Origin: the human T2T-CHM13v2.0 reference genome, Homo sapiens
Reading direction: 5' to 3' (one strand)
DNA: 64,000 nucleotides
Assembly: GCF_009914755.1 (NCBI RefSeq)
Contig: NC_060930.1
Under the pieces are notes generated by a model. The model searched no databases. It saw only the letters and a list, made by a program, of their open reading frames with translations, and was not told where the DNA came from. The position numbers and the translations under genes are program-made. This document shows positions 29,170-43,140 of the stretch, piece after piece; the stretch's first letter is position 1; the number at the start of each line of letters is the position of its first letter.

Positions 29170-29800
29170 TAGCTAACTGTTCATCCATCCATCTTTTTCG
29201 CTTCCCAGGAAGGCAGCTGGGCTAATGTCCCAGCTGCCTTGAGGTTGGGTGTGGCCAAGAAACTGAGTTCTGGCTAGCAGAATATGGAAAAAAATGATGA
29301 GTGGCCCTTTGGGTCTGGCTCATAAAATCCTCCTATGTGCCATCCTGTGTACTCTGGATTACCATAACTCTGGAAGTCTCTGGTTGAAGATAGTGGAGCC
29401 TCTAGGTGGATGGAGTGTGGGTCCCCAAATTAAGGAATAGCAGACTATTTCTGTGAAAAAGTATCAGATAATATATATTGTAGGCTCCGAGGACCAAGAG
29501 GCAGAATTGAGGATGTTATGTAGATTCTTTTTTTTGAGACTGAGTCTCACTCTATTGCCCAGATTGCCCAGGCTGGAGTGCATTTGAAAAACATAAGAAC
29601 ATTTTAAGCTCATTAGTCCTACAAAAAACATGTAGCACGTAAAATCCAGCTCACAGGCCTTCATTGACACAGCACTGCCCTGTCATCACTTAAAGGAAAG
29701 TCACCTGCTGATCCGGAAAATGTTCCATGAGTGGGTCATAGACTGCTGTGTATCAAGCCGCTGAAGTGTTGGGGTTGTTTGCTCCAGCAGTGAGCATCCG
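29170..29800. mobile_element. Old MLT1 LTR fragments with a short Alu fragment (29528-29582)
   Basis: ggtgtggccaagaaactgagttctggctagcagaatatgg and aagccgctgaagtgttggggttgtttgct. Confidence 0.55.
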
Positions 29801-30271
29801 TAACTGCCCCAAGACCACACAGCAAGGAAGTAGCAAAGCTCAGATCTGAATCCATGTAGTCTGGTTCCTGAGCCTCTTCTTGCTGACAATGCACGATGCT
29901 CCCTCTTGAGAAAAAAAGACCAACTGTGATTACTGATCTCTAACAAGGGGTTGGGAAGGGGCTGAGGAGGATCACATGCTTCATATTTCCATCCCCATTC
30001 TCATCTTGAGTTAAAAGAAAGTGCACAGAGACAAGTGCAAAAGTTCTACTTAAAATAAATGTCCCTTGAAAACTCACTAGATATCCAAATTTAGTAAAAA
30101 GGGACTTCATTCAATAGTGTCAAGGAAGATGGCCTGGTACTCTTCTTTCAAGGAGTACAGACAACTAGAGGATGAATGTTTTGCATCTTATAAATAACCC
30201 CAGTGCCATTTCTTCCAACTCCAACTCTACCTGCCACCTTATCAGGTGTATCACCAAATGTAGAGACCAGT

Positions 30272-30618
30272 TGATATGGTTTGGCTGTGTCTCCCCCAAA
30301 TCTCATCTTGAATTGTAGTGCCCATACTTCCCATGTGTCATGGGAGAGACCCAGTGATTGAATTGAATCATGGGGGCCGGTCATTTTTGTGCTATTCTTG
30401 TGATAGTGAATACTTTTGATGAGATCTGATGGTTCCCCTACACACACTCTCTTGCCTGCCGCCATATAAAACGTGACTTTGCTCCTCATTCGCCATCCAC
30501 CATGATTGTGAGGCCCCCCCCAGCCATGCAGAACTGTAAGTCAATTAAACCTCTTTTCTTTATAAATTACTCAGTCTCAGGTATGTCTTTATTAGCAACA
30601 TGAGAACAGACTAATACA
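30272..30618 (+). mobile_element. THE1 solo LTR
   Basis: tgatatggtttggctgtgtc...agactaataca. TSD ccagt/cctgt. Confidence 0.92.
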
Positions 30619-32832
30619 CCTGTAAATCTGGAAGCATGCAGCATTCGGAAGGAAGGAGGTAGAATGAAGAGAAGTGTAAGGCCTGGCTCTGGAGTCATCC
30701 CATACTTTCCAAGATCTCCATTCTTTAAATATTGATGACACCTTATTTAGAGTAACTAAGGAAACAGCAAAGGATTTGTTCTTGGAATTTTACAGAAACT
30801 GAAAGGGGGAGCTAGTACGGATTTTCTGGAGCACGTCCAAGTTCAAAATGTTGGATGGCATATAGTGTACCTAAAAAATGGGCAGGTCTTTCTCTCATAA
30901 ATTTGGAATGAAAGAAAGTGGCATTCCAAAATACCATTCCTGCTCATTCTTGCCATCTTCCCCGACCCAGCAGCATTTGTTTTTATTGGTGTTTATAGTT
31001 ACTGGTTGGCCTCAAAATAGATATTTTAATTCGGAGCTCTCACTCATGGTTAAAGAATGTGAAAAGAAGGTTTCTATGGTAATGTTTTCATTTTTAGATT
31101 AAGGTGCAGATGATTAATCTCTCCTATCCATCTCATGAAATAGAAGATGATTGATTAATGTGGAAACAGATGGTTAGGAGAGAAAACAGTAAGTATTCAT
31201 TCTGGAATTTTCCTTACATATTTTGGCTTTTGTCTTTATTATTTTGTTCAGGAATTTAGGACAGAGAGGTTATTTTTATTTACCACATTCATTTATCCTG
31301 GACCCAAAGTTATAAAGAGAAACAAATGATATGTATCTCTCTAATTTATCCTATATGCGAATATACCATTATTAGCTGTTGTGGTTTGGAGATACCATCC
31401 TAAATTCTAGAAAAGTGATGCATAGGAAAAGTAGTCTTACATAATGCAATCAGAACTAATTGCAGATTAATTTTAAAATGACAATGGATCATACAAGTTG
31501 ATACATAATACATTAAATATTTTAACTTAAAAAATTCTGAAATGTACATGCATCTTTGTCATCCTTTGGTGGAGAGTGGTGTACCATCTTCCGTTTCAGC
31601 TTTGGGCTGTGATTGGAGATCCAGTCAGGTAACATAAATACAATCTAACTATAATACATTGCCAAAATGATAATTTCACCTTGTTTAAAGTGGAATGAGT
31701 ATTGGAAGACATTCAGTAACAAATTGGAGGCAGAGTCATTTTTAATTTTTAGTTTTTCTAATTGCCCACACATAATTCAATTGCCACTTTCTTAATGACC
31801 TGTCCTTATTCTTTCCAAAGCATTTAACTTAACAGCCATAGATAAAAGCACTCTTTTTTGCACTCATATTTTATAGATTCATGTGGAATTTAAATCAAGT
31901 AATTATAATAATCCACAAAACTTGCATACATTGGTATGGGATTGAATTCAACTGCACACAATTCAACTGGCAACAGGAAAAGTGCACAGTTGTATAGAGA
32001 GCAGTCTGGAGTGTTCAGCTCGGTTTATGAAGGGAATGAAGAAATGCAGTTACTCCTATGAATCTATTTGGTATAGGTCAATTTGAAAATCCTTAAATGT
32101 GTATGTCAAGTAATTTTTGCATGTTTGTGCATTTTTCAGATCCTCTATGTCACTACAATTAAATAAACGTGGTCATGGTGAGACTACATGGGCTACGGTA
32201 GCGTAGTAGAAATAGGAGTGATCCTGGTGTCTGAGTGACTTTGATTTGAATGCAATCATCTTAGTATTAGCAGCAACACAGTAGTAACAAAAGCAGTTTT
32301 GACATCATTATTTTTAAATTGACTTAAATAGTAATAGTCTTAACACATTATAGATATATTTATGTGTCAGCAACTATATTCAAAATGTGCTTATAGAAAC
32401 TGTCAAATGCTTTGAAATAGTTTCTTAGACATAATACTCAAAATGTTTGATTCTATGATATTGAGGACAAGTTTTCTAGGATTAATAAATAATTCTGCCT
32501 AATGAATTTCGATTCATCTTTATTAACTTCTAGCTTCAAATAGATCAGCAGTTCTCAACCAGGGCAGTATCAATCACACACAAACACACCCCAGGGCATT
32601 TTGGAAATTCATGGAGGCTTTTGATTGGTGCTATGATGACAGGGTGCTGCCGGCATTTAGTGATTAAGATTCTCCAACACTGGAGTTCCACCAATGAGCA
32701 GAACCATTTTGTAAACTTGAATGTTACTCTAAATGGGACACGAAAGTGAAATACTCATTTGGATTCATGTGAGCCTAGAATCAAGCTCTGTTTCATTATA
32801 AAGCAAATCTGAAGTGGGGGTATAGATTTTCA

Positions 32833-33444
32833 AGTCATCTCTGCTACCAGAAGACAAGTGTGCTCCCAAAAATCATTGTACTATGCAAAATTGTGCAATA
32901 ACAAGCCATAGGGCTTATGGGGAAAACAGGGTTAGGGACACAATACTCCAAAACTTCATCAGTGATATGTTAAAAAAAGATAGGGTGCCAGTAAAAATGG
33001 TAGCATAGTTTTACATGCATTAATGGTTAAGAAATACATAAGTACTCCAATAAATGCGGCGCTTAACTTGAAAAACATCTAATATTCGCTACTAGAAGTA
33101 GGTGACAGAAGAGCTGCAGTTTGTGACTTACTGTGAAGTGATGGAAGGAAGGTCATCTGAAATTGAACAGAAAGTCCAACTTCACTATGCTGTACACTAT
33201 GTATATGGGTGGGGTCATAACACTCTTGGTGAAATGAGGTAGCTGGTAGACATTGGAATTGTGTTAGTGTTTATGTTTGTATATTCCTACATGGCTCCTT
33301 CAGCTAAGTGCTGTCTTCTGCATTCACCTAGTATTTCTCAATTAAAAAGTCAAGCATAAGCAAATGTGTTATGTTCAAATTGTTCCCTAGTATGTCAACT
33401 GTGTTGGAAAAATTTTAAAACAAACATTACAGCAGAATGGACTG
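32833..33444. mobile_element. Tigger-like (TcMar) non-autonomous element
   Basis: Degenerate TIRs agtcatctctgcta ... cagcagaatggactg, internal ctatgcaaaattgtgcaataa. Confidence 0.55.
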
Positions 33445-33474
33445 GAGACTGAATTTTTTAAAAAATTTTTATAA

Positions 33475-33562
33475 TTTCTTTTTTTTTCTTTTTTTAAAAT
33501 TTTATTATTATTATACTTTAAGTTTTAGGGCACATGTGCACAATGTGCAGGTTTGTTGCATA
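33475..33562 (-). mobile_element. 5'-truncated L1PA 3' end
   Basis: ttattatactttaagttttagggcacatgtgcacaatgtgcaggtttgttgcat. Confidence 0.88.
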
Positions 33563-33907
33563 TTTCTGGGAGGGCAACCACATGTCAATTGAGAAAATTC
33601 ACATTTTGTTATTTTTGGAACTTTCCGAGATTTTCTTTCTCATTTCAGAAAATCATGTTCTAATGACAATGCCACTTGTGGCATCTGAGTTCCCAGTATA
33701 ATACACCGGCAGGTGAATATGTAGCTGTCATAATCACGGTGATCTGCATGGAGGTGCAAGCTCCTAACTTCTTCATTATACTTTCTACTGTAATCTTTAA
33801 CTATAACACAGTACATTTACCTATTTAATAGATGAATAAAATTTTATTGTAAATTAAGTTTCTGTCATTTCTCCTTTATATATAGTTAGGGTATTATACT
33901 GAAATTT

Positions 33908-34019
33908 TTGAAATTATCCATATAATTTTGAAAATATTATATGGATATTATACATTATATGGATAATTTCAATTATCCATATAATAATTTCAAAATTATA
34001 TGGATATTTTCCATATAAT
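33908..34019. repeat. Palindromic array of TATCCATATAAT in both orientations
   Basis: Six copies (one with a single mismatch). Perfect 15-bp-arm hairpin at 33954-33985. Confidence 0.9.
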
Positions 34020-34621
34020 AGGATGAGTAAACTATACAAAAGAGGCACTATAAAATATGATAGTTGATAAAATTGTGAACCATTGATATAGAGCAATAAA
34101 AAAGGAAGGGAATGTAGCCATATTCTTATCAACAAATTCATGGAAGGATTAAATGAGATTATATCTGTCTGGCATATGATCCACTTTAAATAAATTACAG
34201 ATAGATTTATTATTATTAAGATAGTATCAGAAGAACCACAGTTCCAATTGCTCCCTGGACCTCTCCTTTCAGATGTCCACAGGACCCCCAAAGTCAGGAA
34301 GTAAGGAAGAGCTACCAAATCCGTCAGGGCTCTCCCAAACCTCCCTGCCCCCTGCCCTTTAACCATGTTGTGAAAAGGCATCATCTTTAATCTGTTTGTG
34401 GCTAGCTAGGAATGGGACGTTAACCATGACGCCCCCTTCTTCTGAGAACCTTGTATCTAATAAACCACCATCTCATATGGTGCACCACCTTCTTGCAGTT
34501 CAAGTCTGTCTGCTTTCTTTCATCTTCACCACTGCCGCATTATTGCAGGCCACCATCATGGAAATAGCCGCCTAGCTGAACTCAGTGGCCCCTCCCAACC
34601 CCTCATCTATTCTCTCTTTCA

Positions 34622-34925
34622 CCAGCACCATCCAATAGAAATGCAATGTGAGCCACATATGCAATTGTGAAATTTCTGGTACCAACCTAAAAAAAGAAGC
34701 ATAGGAAATTAATTTTAACATCATTTTAATTAACCTAATATTTGTAGTGTAGTATCATTTAAACATGTTCTCACTATGAACAATTATGAATAACATATTT
34801 GAAACCGTCCTTGTGCTATATCTTCAAAATTGGCATATATTTCACATTTGCAGTGCATATCAATTTGGAGTAACCACGTTCCAAGTGCTCTGTAGCCCCA
34901 TGTTGCTATGACTCTTGGACAGTGT
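34622..34925. mobile_element. MER33-like hAT element
   Basis: ccaatagaaatgcaatgtgagccacatatg...caagtgctctgtagccccatg...ttggacagtg. Confidence 0.75.
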
Positions 34926-37534
34926 ACCTTAAAGCCCTTTTAGCGGGTAAACCGCAAACCCTGTCCCATCAGTTTCCTACCTAGCACGCTCTAATTCCCA
35001 AATAACTGTTGCCCTAATGTCTAAACCTCTAAAAATGATTTCCAAGACCCTGCAGTATCTCATCATTGTTTATCCCGTCGGCTCCACCTCTTGCTATCCC
35101 TTTCCTGGCCCTGCACCTCAGAATCTTTACTCCCTCTGTAGAATTTGTTTTGTTCTCTCCAACATGTCCTGCTCTCTCTTGCTGTGGGATTTTTCCAGAG
35201 GGCCTCCCCTACCTGTAACACTTTTAATGTTCTGCACTAACCTGATAATCACCTTACGTTCCAGAACACCCTTACTTTTTGTTCAGATTAGGGTTCCCTC
35301 CTTATAGTTCAGATTCACTTACCTCAAATCTGGGTTTGCATTGCAGCAATCCCTCTCTCAAATTCCTTTCCATGCTGTCATTGAAATCTCTTGCTCACAT
35401 GCGGTCTTGCTTACTAAACAGTGCAGCAGGAGCAGTCAGTCAATCAACATGTTTGAATGAATGAAAGAACAAATGATGAATTTCCTTTGAAAGCTTGCAG
35501 CTATGGCTGAATGACAATCAATGAAATAATGGAATGGATGATTCTGGAGTCAGACAGACCTGAGTTTGAAACTCAGTTATGTAATCTTGGGCAAGTTATA
35601 AAATTTATGTTTCTTTCTCTACAAATATTTGGTGATTTGCGAAATGGAAGTTATAATGCCCATATTACAGGAGCTAAAAGGAGTAAATGAAATAATGTAT
35701 ATATACATAAAATGACACATATTTATTTATCTAAACAGAATGCAGTAAATCTGGACATATCTCTTTTGACATAGGAATGTCTAGTTATACATACCCTAAG
35801 ATTTAGATTTACATAGAAAGAAGGTGGCTTTACTTCAGAATGGAGATCAAGACACATTCTTGAATGCATCATTAACCTGAAGCATTTGCTGCATGTGATT
35901 GGCAGAGGGAGGAGGGATGATAAATAGGGAATATAACATTTTTTCCCATCTGGCTATGTTCCTTGTGTGGACCACTTTCCCTGAAAGAAATCCCATATTG
36001 CCGAGTGGTAGGTACACCAAGGTCCTGGCTGAAATGCCTAACACATTTGAATTGTAACCTTCCCTGGGAACGTAAGTTATGTTATTCTTGGGGTAAGGAA
36101 TTAAAGGAAGCAAAACTGGGGACTTAAATTTATTTAGTATTTAATATAAAAGGAGGTTATCTTTTTGCAATTTAAGTTTATTCTGGAAAATATTAATGAG
36201 GCAGTGTTCACATTTGGGGCATTTTAATATTGCTGGCATGATACAATTTGGGGGGATTTGATGCTGTCCTGTGGTACTCAATGTATTATTTCTGTTAAAC
36301 TAGATTTGACAATGTGACTAGGCATGATACGAGTTGGGAAATATACCACAGTCCATCCCTTGTCAAACAGGCTTCCATATGAATATTAAGTCCTAATGCC
36401 CTAAGACACCCATTGTGTGTAACAAATTAACTTTTTTCCTACACACAAGGATGGTGCTAGTTACGTAATCTCCTTAGAAGATTTGAGAAAAATAGTCACT
36501 CAAATCATTTTCTGATGGGCTTAATTCTCTCTGGGAAAGGCTGCTTGTTCTAATTTTTGAGCTAAGATGAAGTTGCTTTATTTAATCTCTTTGTCTAGTT
36601 TGTTTCAGTTGAATATCACGTGAATTATGATCTCACTGATTCCAAGGGGATAACAGAGAGTCATAGACTATGTTTTGGGGAAAACAGTAGATCCTTGGTG
36701 ACAGTGGGTTTTCTCCAAAGAGGGCAACATTTGCAGTGTGGTTTTCCATGAGTCTGGCTACTTAGATGGATACGCGGCAGCAAGGAGCAGTTTTCTCCTC
36801 AGACCCCTTGCTTCACAGTCAGGATGGCCGCTGGGCTAGAGAAAGGAAACCCCTCTGTTTCTTTCCTTCCTCCACCCTTCACTGTGGGAGAAGAAATGTC
36901 AGACTCCTTCCTTCTGCCTTCCATTTACTTAATAACATGTGGTCAGTAGAAAAGCAAGGCAAGGCTTCCAGGAGCCAGGGCGCTCTCTTCATAGACTCCA
37001 TGTCCTATGCAGAAGCAGTAGGGGAGTCAGGGCCCTTGGGGAGCCCAGCTGCATCTCTCTTTCCTTAGGCCACAAGGGGGCATATGCATTTATACCAAGG
37101 CAGAAGTGAGAGACCCCACATGAGTCCTGAGAATGGGATATATTCGCCATCCTTGCTTTTAACAGATTTCTGGCAGGAGGAGGAGGATGCTTGTTTACTT
37201 CTTCAAAAAAGCGTGCTTTGGCTGTTATTGCTTGAGTGAGTTCCAGGGTCCAAAACTCAATGGAAACAGAAGCAGTCAATAGGATTGTATCACCAAAATC
37301 CTTAACTAGATATTTAGTGATAAGCACTGAACCTAAGTTCTTTGATAGCAGATTTTTGGGTTTGGTGTGGTTTGGTGGTTGTTGTTCATTGGTATAGCTC
37401 CAGCACCAAGAAAAGAGCTAGCATGTGATAGAACCTCAATAGCTGTCAAATGATGAGTGCTTATAGAGGTGGGTGGTGCAGCCTGTGCACAGGGGAAGGG
37501 TCCAGCCTGCAGAGGTGGCCAGTCAATTCAGGAA

Positions 37535-37720
37535 GCACTAGACACATGTGAAGTTTAATTTAAATATAATTAAATAAAATTAAAAGTCCAGTTTCTTACT
37601 TGCACTGTCCGCATTCCCAGTGCTCCAGTCATGTATAGCTATAGGCTTTTGTATTGGAAGGTGTAGATATGGGACATTTTTCCCATTACAGAAAGTTCTA
37701 CTGGATGGCACCGCTTTAGA
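37535..37720. mobile_element. MER3-like hAT element
   Basis: attaaataaaattaaaagtccagtttc...cattacagaaagttctactggatggcacc. Confidence 0.7.
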
Positions 37721-38192
37721 GCCTAACTGCCTCTTCTATTTACTAGCTGGGAAAACTTAAGCAAATTATTTCACTCAGTTTTGTGACTATTAAATGAGGG
37801 AATAAATGAAAGCACTTAAAACAGGGCTTGTAGAGAATACTTATCATTATTAGCTACAAGAGATTTTGTATGGGGATGCTGTCCCCATAAATGGCCTGGA
37901 TCCCTGGACCATGTACAATGTGTGTGTATGTAGTTTTTCCTACATGCTGCAACAATAACCTGTAGGAAATAATAGCCACCGTGCCCAGTGGCATTTTTTA
38001 ATAGAAAGGTTTTCATTTAAAAATATTTTATTAATATGATTTTTAATAAATTAAGGAAATGTATGATCATTAATCATTTTATTTTAATTTTGCCAAAATA
38101 AGATTTTATTCACATCGAACTATATGGATTCTGCTTGTATTTCAACAATGTAACAACACTTGGAATCTACTTGAAGAATAAAACACGCCAGG

Positions 38193-38482
38193 GGCTGGGC
38201 GGGGTGCTCACGCCTGTAATCCCAGCACTTTGGGAGGCCAAGGCAGGCAGATCACTTGAGCCCAGGAGTTCTAGACCAGCCTGGCCAACATGGTGAGATC
38301 CCCATCTCTACAAAAGAAATACAAAAAATTAGCTGGGCGTGGTGGCGGGCACCTGTGGTCCCAGCTATTATGGAGGCTGAGGTGGGAGTGTCTCTTTGAG
38401 TCAGGGAGGCAGAGGTTGCAGATGGTGCCACTGCACTCCAGCCCAGGAAACAGAGCAAGATGCTGTCTCAAAAAAATAAAAA
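38193..38482 (+). mobile_element. Alu (J/old S)
   Basis: Full dimer. A short inverted Alu fragment lies nearby at ~38590-38662. Confidence 0.9.
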
Positions 38483-40632
38483 TCCATGGCAGGGATCTAC
38501 TGCAGAATCTGAAATACATTTATAGGCACTTAGCGAATGGAGAGAAAATCTGTTGATATGATTCATTTTGATAACCAACATGTATTTCTAGTCTTGAAAT
38601 CCTGGCTTCAAGCAATCCTCCTAGATCAGCCTCCCAAGTAGCTGGAATTACAGGCACAAGTCAATACATCCTGTCAAATGTATATTTCTGAAGGTGGCCT
38701 TAGTTGTTGATAAGCAATGGATATGTATGCATAAAATGATCCATCTAGAGAATTCTAGAAAATAGAGTTTGTGTCTTCTTCTTGTTACTCTTTAGGTACT
38801 GTTCGGTGCCAAGTAGAATAATTTCCACCACTTTCCCTGTTCTTCAGTACTACTGCATAGCCAAGCTGGTTTATTGTTGCATATAAAGTCTGGGTAAGCA
38901 TATGTTTCTCTACACTCGGAAATTAATGGGAGCTGATGCTCTGTATAATGTCAAATTGCCCCTGGGAAAAAAAACTGTACTGTGGCAAAGTCGATGCCAC
39001 CATATTTAGTAATATATTTTAAACTAATAAAGACCATTTCCAGGGCAGAAATAAGCTTTGTTGTTTTTGTATGATTCTGAGCCCATTCAACCCAACAACT
39101 TTCACAGTACATTATTGTGATTGTAATCTTGATCTAAGTGAGAAGAGCATAAATAATGAGAAACTGTTCTTTAAGCAAACCTGGACAAAGAGGTGGGAGC
39201 TCATTTTTAGCCTTGATTCTGTAATGAACCACCTATTTCTCCTTGAAAACTTCACCTAACTTCTCTAGACTACAGGTTTTGGAAAAGATATTTGTAAATG
39301 ACAGGTTAATTTAATAACCTCTAATTTATTATTTAATAATGAAGCTACTATTATGCTACTAAGGAAATAGTAACTAATAGTAAATAATTCCACAAATGCA
39401 GTTGATTTTTTCTCAGAATATGATGTTCTAAAAGTTTTGTTTTCTAGAAATTATCTTGGGGAATATATTGAAAATCAAGTTCTCAAAAATATTAAACAAT
39501 TTTGTATCATTAAGGCTCAGCAGATGAGATGTGCTGTCCTGTGAAGTATACCTTTGCTCGCCCCTATGTTCTTTGTCTACCTTTGGAAACCCTCAAACTT
39601 CCTCTTCTACCCCTTTATATACCCTGAGGAATTTCATCCAATTCAGTGCTCTCAGCTATGATGAAAAACAAGAACTGACAAACCAGTCTCCAGCTCTGGC
39701 CTCTCTTGTTTGAGGTTGAACTCCTTCAGAACTGCTAAGGAAAGCTCATCTCTTTACCAGCATTCTGTACAAATCCACTCTCTTTTGTGGCTGAATAATG
39801 CCACCCTCATTCTATTGTCCAGGTTAAAAACTCATCATCTTTAACTTCTCCATCTCTTTCATCCCAGCACCAAATCAGTCTAGCTATCAGCCATTCCTCT
39901 TCATTAAGCAAAACTGTCCCTTCTTTCTCCAGGTCTCCATCATTTGTTTGGATTGTTGCTGCTTTTATTTCCCTTATCTTCGCTGGTGCCACAGTATTTT
40001 ATTTTTCCCAAAATAATGATAACGACAACAATTAGCAAGGCCACTTTATTGCTTCAATCCTTCCTTGGTTCTCCATTGCTTACAGGGCCAGACCTGTAGG
40101 CTGGATTAGGAAATTGGACTTTGATATGTGTTTCTAGCTTAACCATGTACTACCTTGCCACATACCTAGGGTGCCAGCTACATCTTGCTTTTTACACATT
40201 AATTGCTTTACACATCTCAGATCAGATCTAATATGCGTTTTCCCACTAATTTTTTATATTGCCCTCTCCTCTAGAATATAAACTCCATTAAGGCAAGGAC
40301 TTTATCTGTTTTGTGCCATATTGGACACCTAGCACACACAAGAGTACTCCAATGTAGGTGATGAAAAGCTACGTTGAATGAATTAGTCAATTTATTGTTT
40401 CAAGGATCTGTTCTAAGGCTACCTCTGTGATGAAGCTTTTCTTCATTCTCAGCAGGATGATTGCTCTCTCCAGGATGATTTCTCTCTCCCTTTATGGTTA
40501 TAAAACCAAATGTGCAACTATTTTAGCTCAAACATCATATTATCCACATTTACTTACATATATGTCTTTCCTATTTACTTGAGCTCCTTGGTGGCACGGA
40601 TACTCTTTATTAATTCTAAATGCCCACCACCA

Positions 40633-40965
<333 letters not shown>

Positions 40966-41092
40966 GCCCACTATCGTACCCAGTTCATAGTTGGCACTCA
41001 ATAACTTTTATGAATGAATGAATGACTGAATAAATGAGTGATGAATTAGGTAGAGGAGGAAACAGAGTAATTTGATTTGGCCTGGGATCACC

Positions 41093-41093
<1 letters not shown>

Positions 41094-41129
<36 letters not shown>

Positions 41130-41135
41130 GCACAC
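41094..41135. repeat. (CA)n microsatellite
   Basis: About 15 pure AC units followed by gcac units. Confidence 0.95.
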
Positions 41136-41845
41136 ATCAATGAGGAATATGACACACAAATCACCCTACATAATCAAAAGATTCTTCTTGGTAAGAGACA
41201 GATATTAGAGTGTCTGTGTTGACCTTTAAATCACCTTTGTAAAACACAGTTTAAAAAGACAGTCTGGCTCATAAAAGCAAATAGGTACATTGTAAATCCA
41301 CAAATTTGAGATTTTTATAGTGAAAATACTAATAGGTTTTGACTTTTAATGAGCTTCTGCTCTTATTATTAAAAAGATTCTACTCATTCTAATAAAAGAA
41401 CTGTGATTTGTGGGTATCTTCTGATATATTTTAGTTGATTCTTAGCTTCAGCCACCTTAGCAAAAAGAAAGAAGAGGTTTCCCCAGTGGAATTTCAGATA
41501 AGTATGCATACTGCAAGAGAGGCAGAGGAAAAATGATAATTTGCTTTATTCATGAATCTGTTCAGATGCAACGTATGCTGCCCAGGCCCATGCTGAGGTT
41601 TGGATAAGTCTATTCCTAGGGCCCACACCTTGGTGACCACTATCTGTTCTAATCAGATAATCTATGGAAGCCAATGACTGTCTTCTCACTTGTTAAAAGC
41701 ATTCACACTCAGGATGGGCAGAGCCTAGCAATTAAAAGCACAGATGGTATGTTGCTAGTATCAAAATTACTTTAGAAACAAAATTGGGAAATTAAAATGT
41801 AAAGCAACACATAAGAACTAGACACCTCAAGCATGTAATTGTATA

Positions 41846-41851
41846 TTTATT
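41846..41851 (-). terminator. Distal polyadenylation signal AATAAA
   Basis: TTTATT on +. Downstream on the minus strand is GU/U-rich sequence (gtgtctagttcttatgtgttgcttt). Confidence 0.75.
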
Positions 41852-43134
41852 TCTCTTTTTAAAGAACACTCCTTAATGTAATTCAATATACAAACTTGGT
41901 TTCACAGAATTATAATCCACTATATAGCACAAAGATAACCCAGATTGTATGTGTGCGTGCACACATGTGCGTGCCTGTGCACATGTTGCTGCACCCCTCC
42001 CTCTCTTTCACTCTTCTGGACCTACAAATGCTCTTCCCACCTTCAACACTAACCAAAAGCCATTGTGAGTATTACATACAACAGACATCCTCCCACGAGT
42101 TCTTTGCCCTTGAAAGATTCTTTTCCCCATTCCCCCTGAGATAGCCAGGAGTGTGACACTCTTCCCCTATGAAAAAGGGTAAGGTGACCTCCCCTAACAC
42201 AGATGTTAACCCTGTTCCCATGTAAACCGGCTGACAGGAAGAGCTGGGGAGCAGGTCTCCATCCCCTTTTCCCCCTTCCACACCCAACCCTCAGAGTCCA
42301 AGTGCGACCCTCTGTGTAGCCTTAGTTCCAGTCACCATCCTGTGTAGCAAGAACTAAGGAGATTGCTAAGCCCAGGTCTTCTCCATGAGCAGCGCACAGC
42401 ACTGCCTGCCAAGCCACCGGGCCGGCCGATAACCAAGCTCTACACAGTCCCATGTGCTTTGTCACCTTAATTTTTTAAAGACACCTAGCATAGGTCTGTG
42501 GCAACCTAGTGTCCAACTGAGTTACATAAAATTGTACCAGTGATGCACTTGTACATATTTACATGGGGTGGAATGTTTTCCCATATTTTTAGATGAGTAT
42601 ATAGATCAACATGTTCACATAAGACCAAATACTTTTAATATTATTTATAACTGATTTATAAAGCTTTGAAAAAACTCACAATAGCACATTGTTTACTTTA
42701 ATGCTTTACGGTACTATCATTTTAAAATCACAATCAGCACTTAAGTTATAGTCAATCCAGCAAACAAGAGACAAAAAAATATACAAGAGTTAAGAACTGA
42801 CTGATACATCCTTTATCTTTTTTTAACTAATGCATAAGTGCAGAATAAGATACTCTAGTTTAAATATCTTGTTTACAATGTACATTTTTGTTCTAGTTAC
42901 GCAACAGTAAATCCCATGCTTCACATAGAAAAGCAATCCACAACATTAAGAAAAAATGTACAATTTATGAAACAAAGTAAATAAATATTAGTATTACAGA
43001 ATCAGAGCTGTACATAAAAGCTGTTCAGTTTTAATCATATAAAAATATGTTTTAGTGCAACCTCACATATATATTGATGCTGTTTTGCTTTACATCATTT
43101 AGATCCAAGTGTCCAAAAAAGGAAAGAAATTACA

Positions 43135-43140
43135 TTTATT
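43135..43140 (-). terminator. Candidate proximal polyadenylation signal AATAAA
   Basis: AATAAA with several upstream UGUA motifs and a U-rich tract downstream. Confidence 0.4.

Larger units (their letters stand above)
32546..34086. mobile_element. hAT-Charlie-type DNA transposon remnant with nested insertions
   Basis: Starts cagcagttctcaaccagggc and ends aaaattgtgaaccattg (hAT-like termini). Confidence 0.5.

Noticed and set aside
33914-34384. 156-aa minus-strand ORF
   Set aside because: Runs through the AT-rich palindromic array and transposon remnant; low-complexity I/Y/L content and no splice context.
40452-40488. 18-bp tandem duplication caggatgatt(g/t)ctctctc (similar small ones at ~2178 and ~15522)
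   Set aside because: Ordinary slippage duplications with no functional hint.
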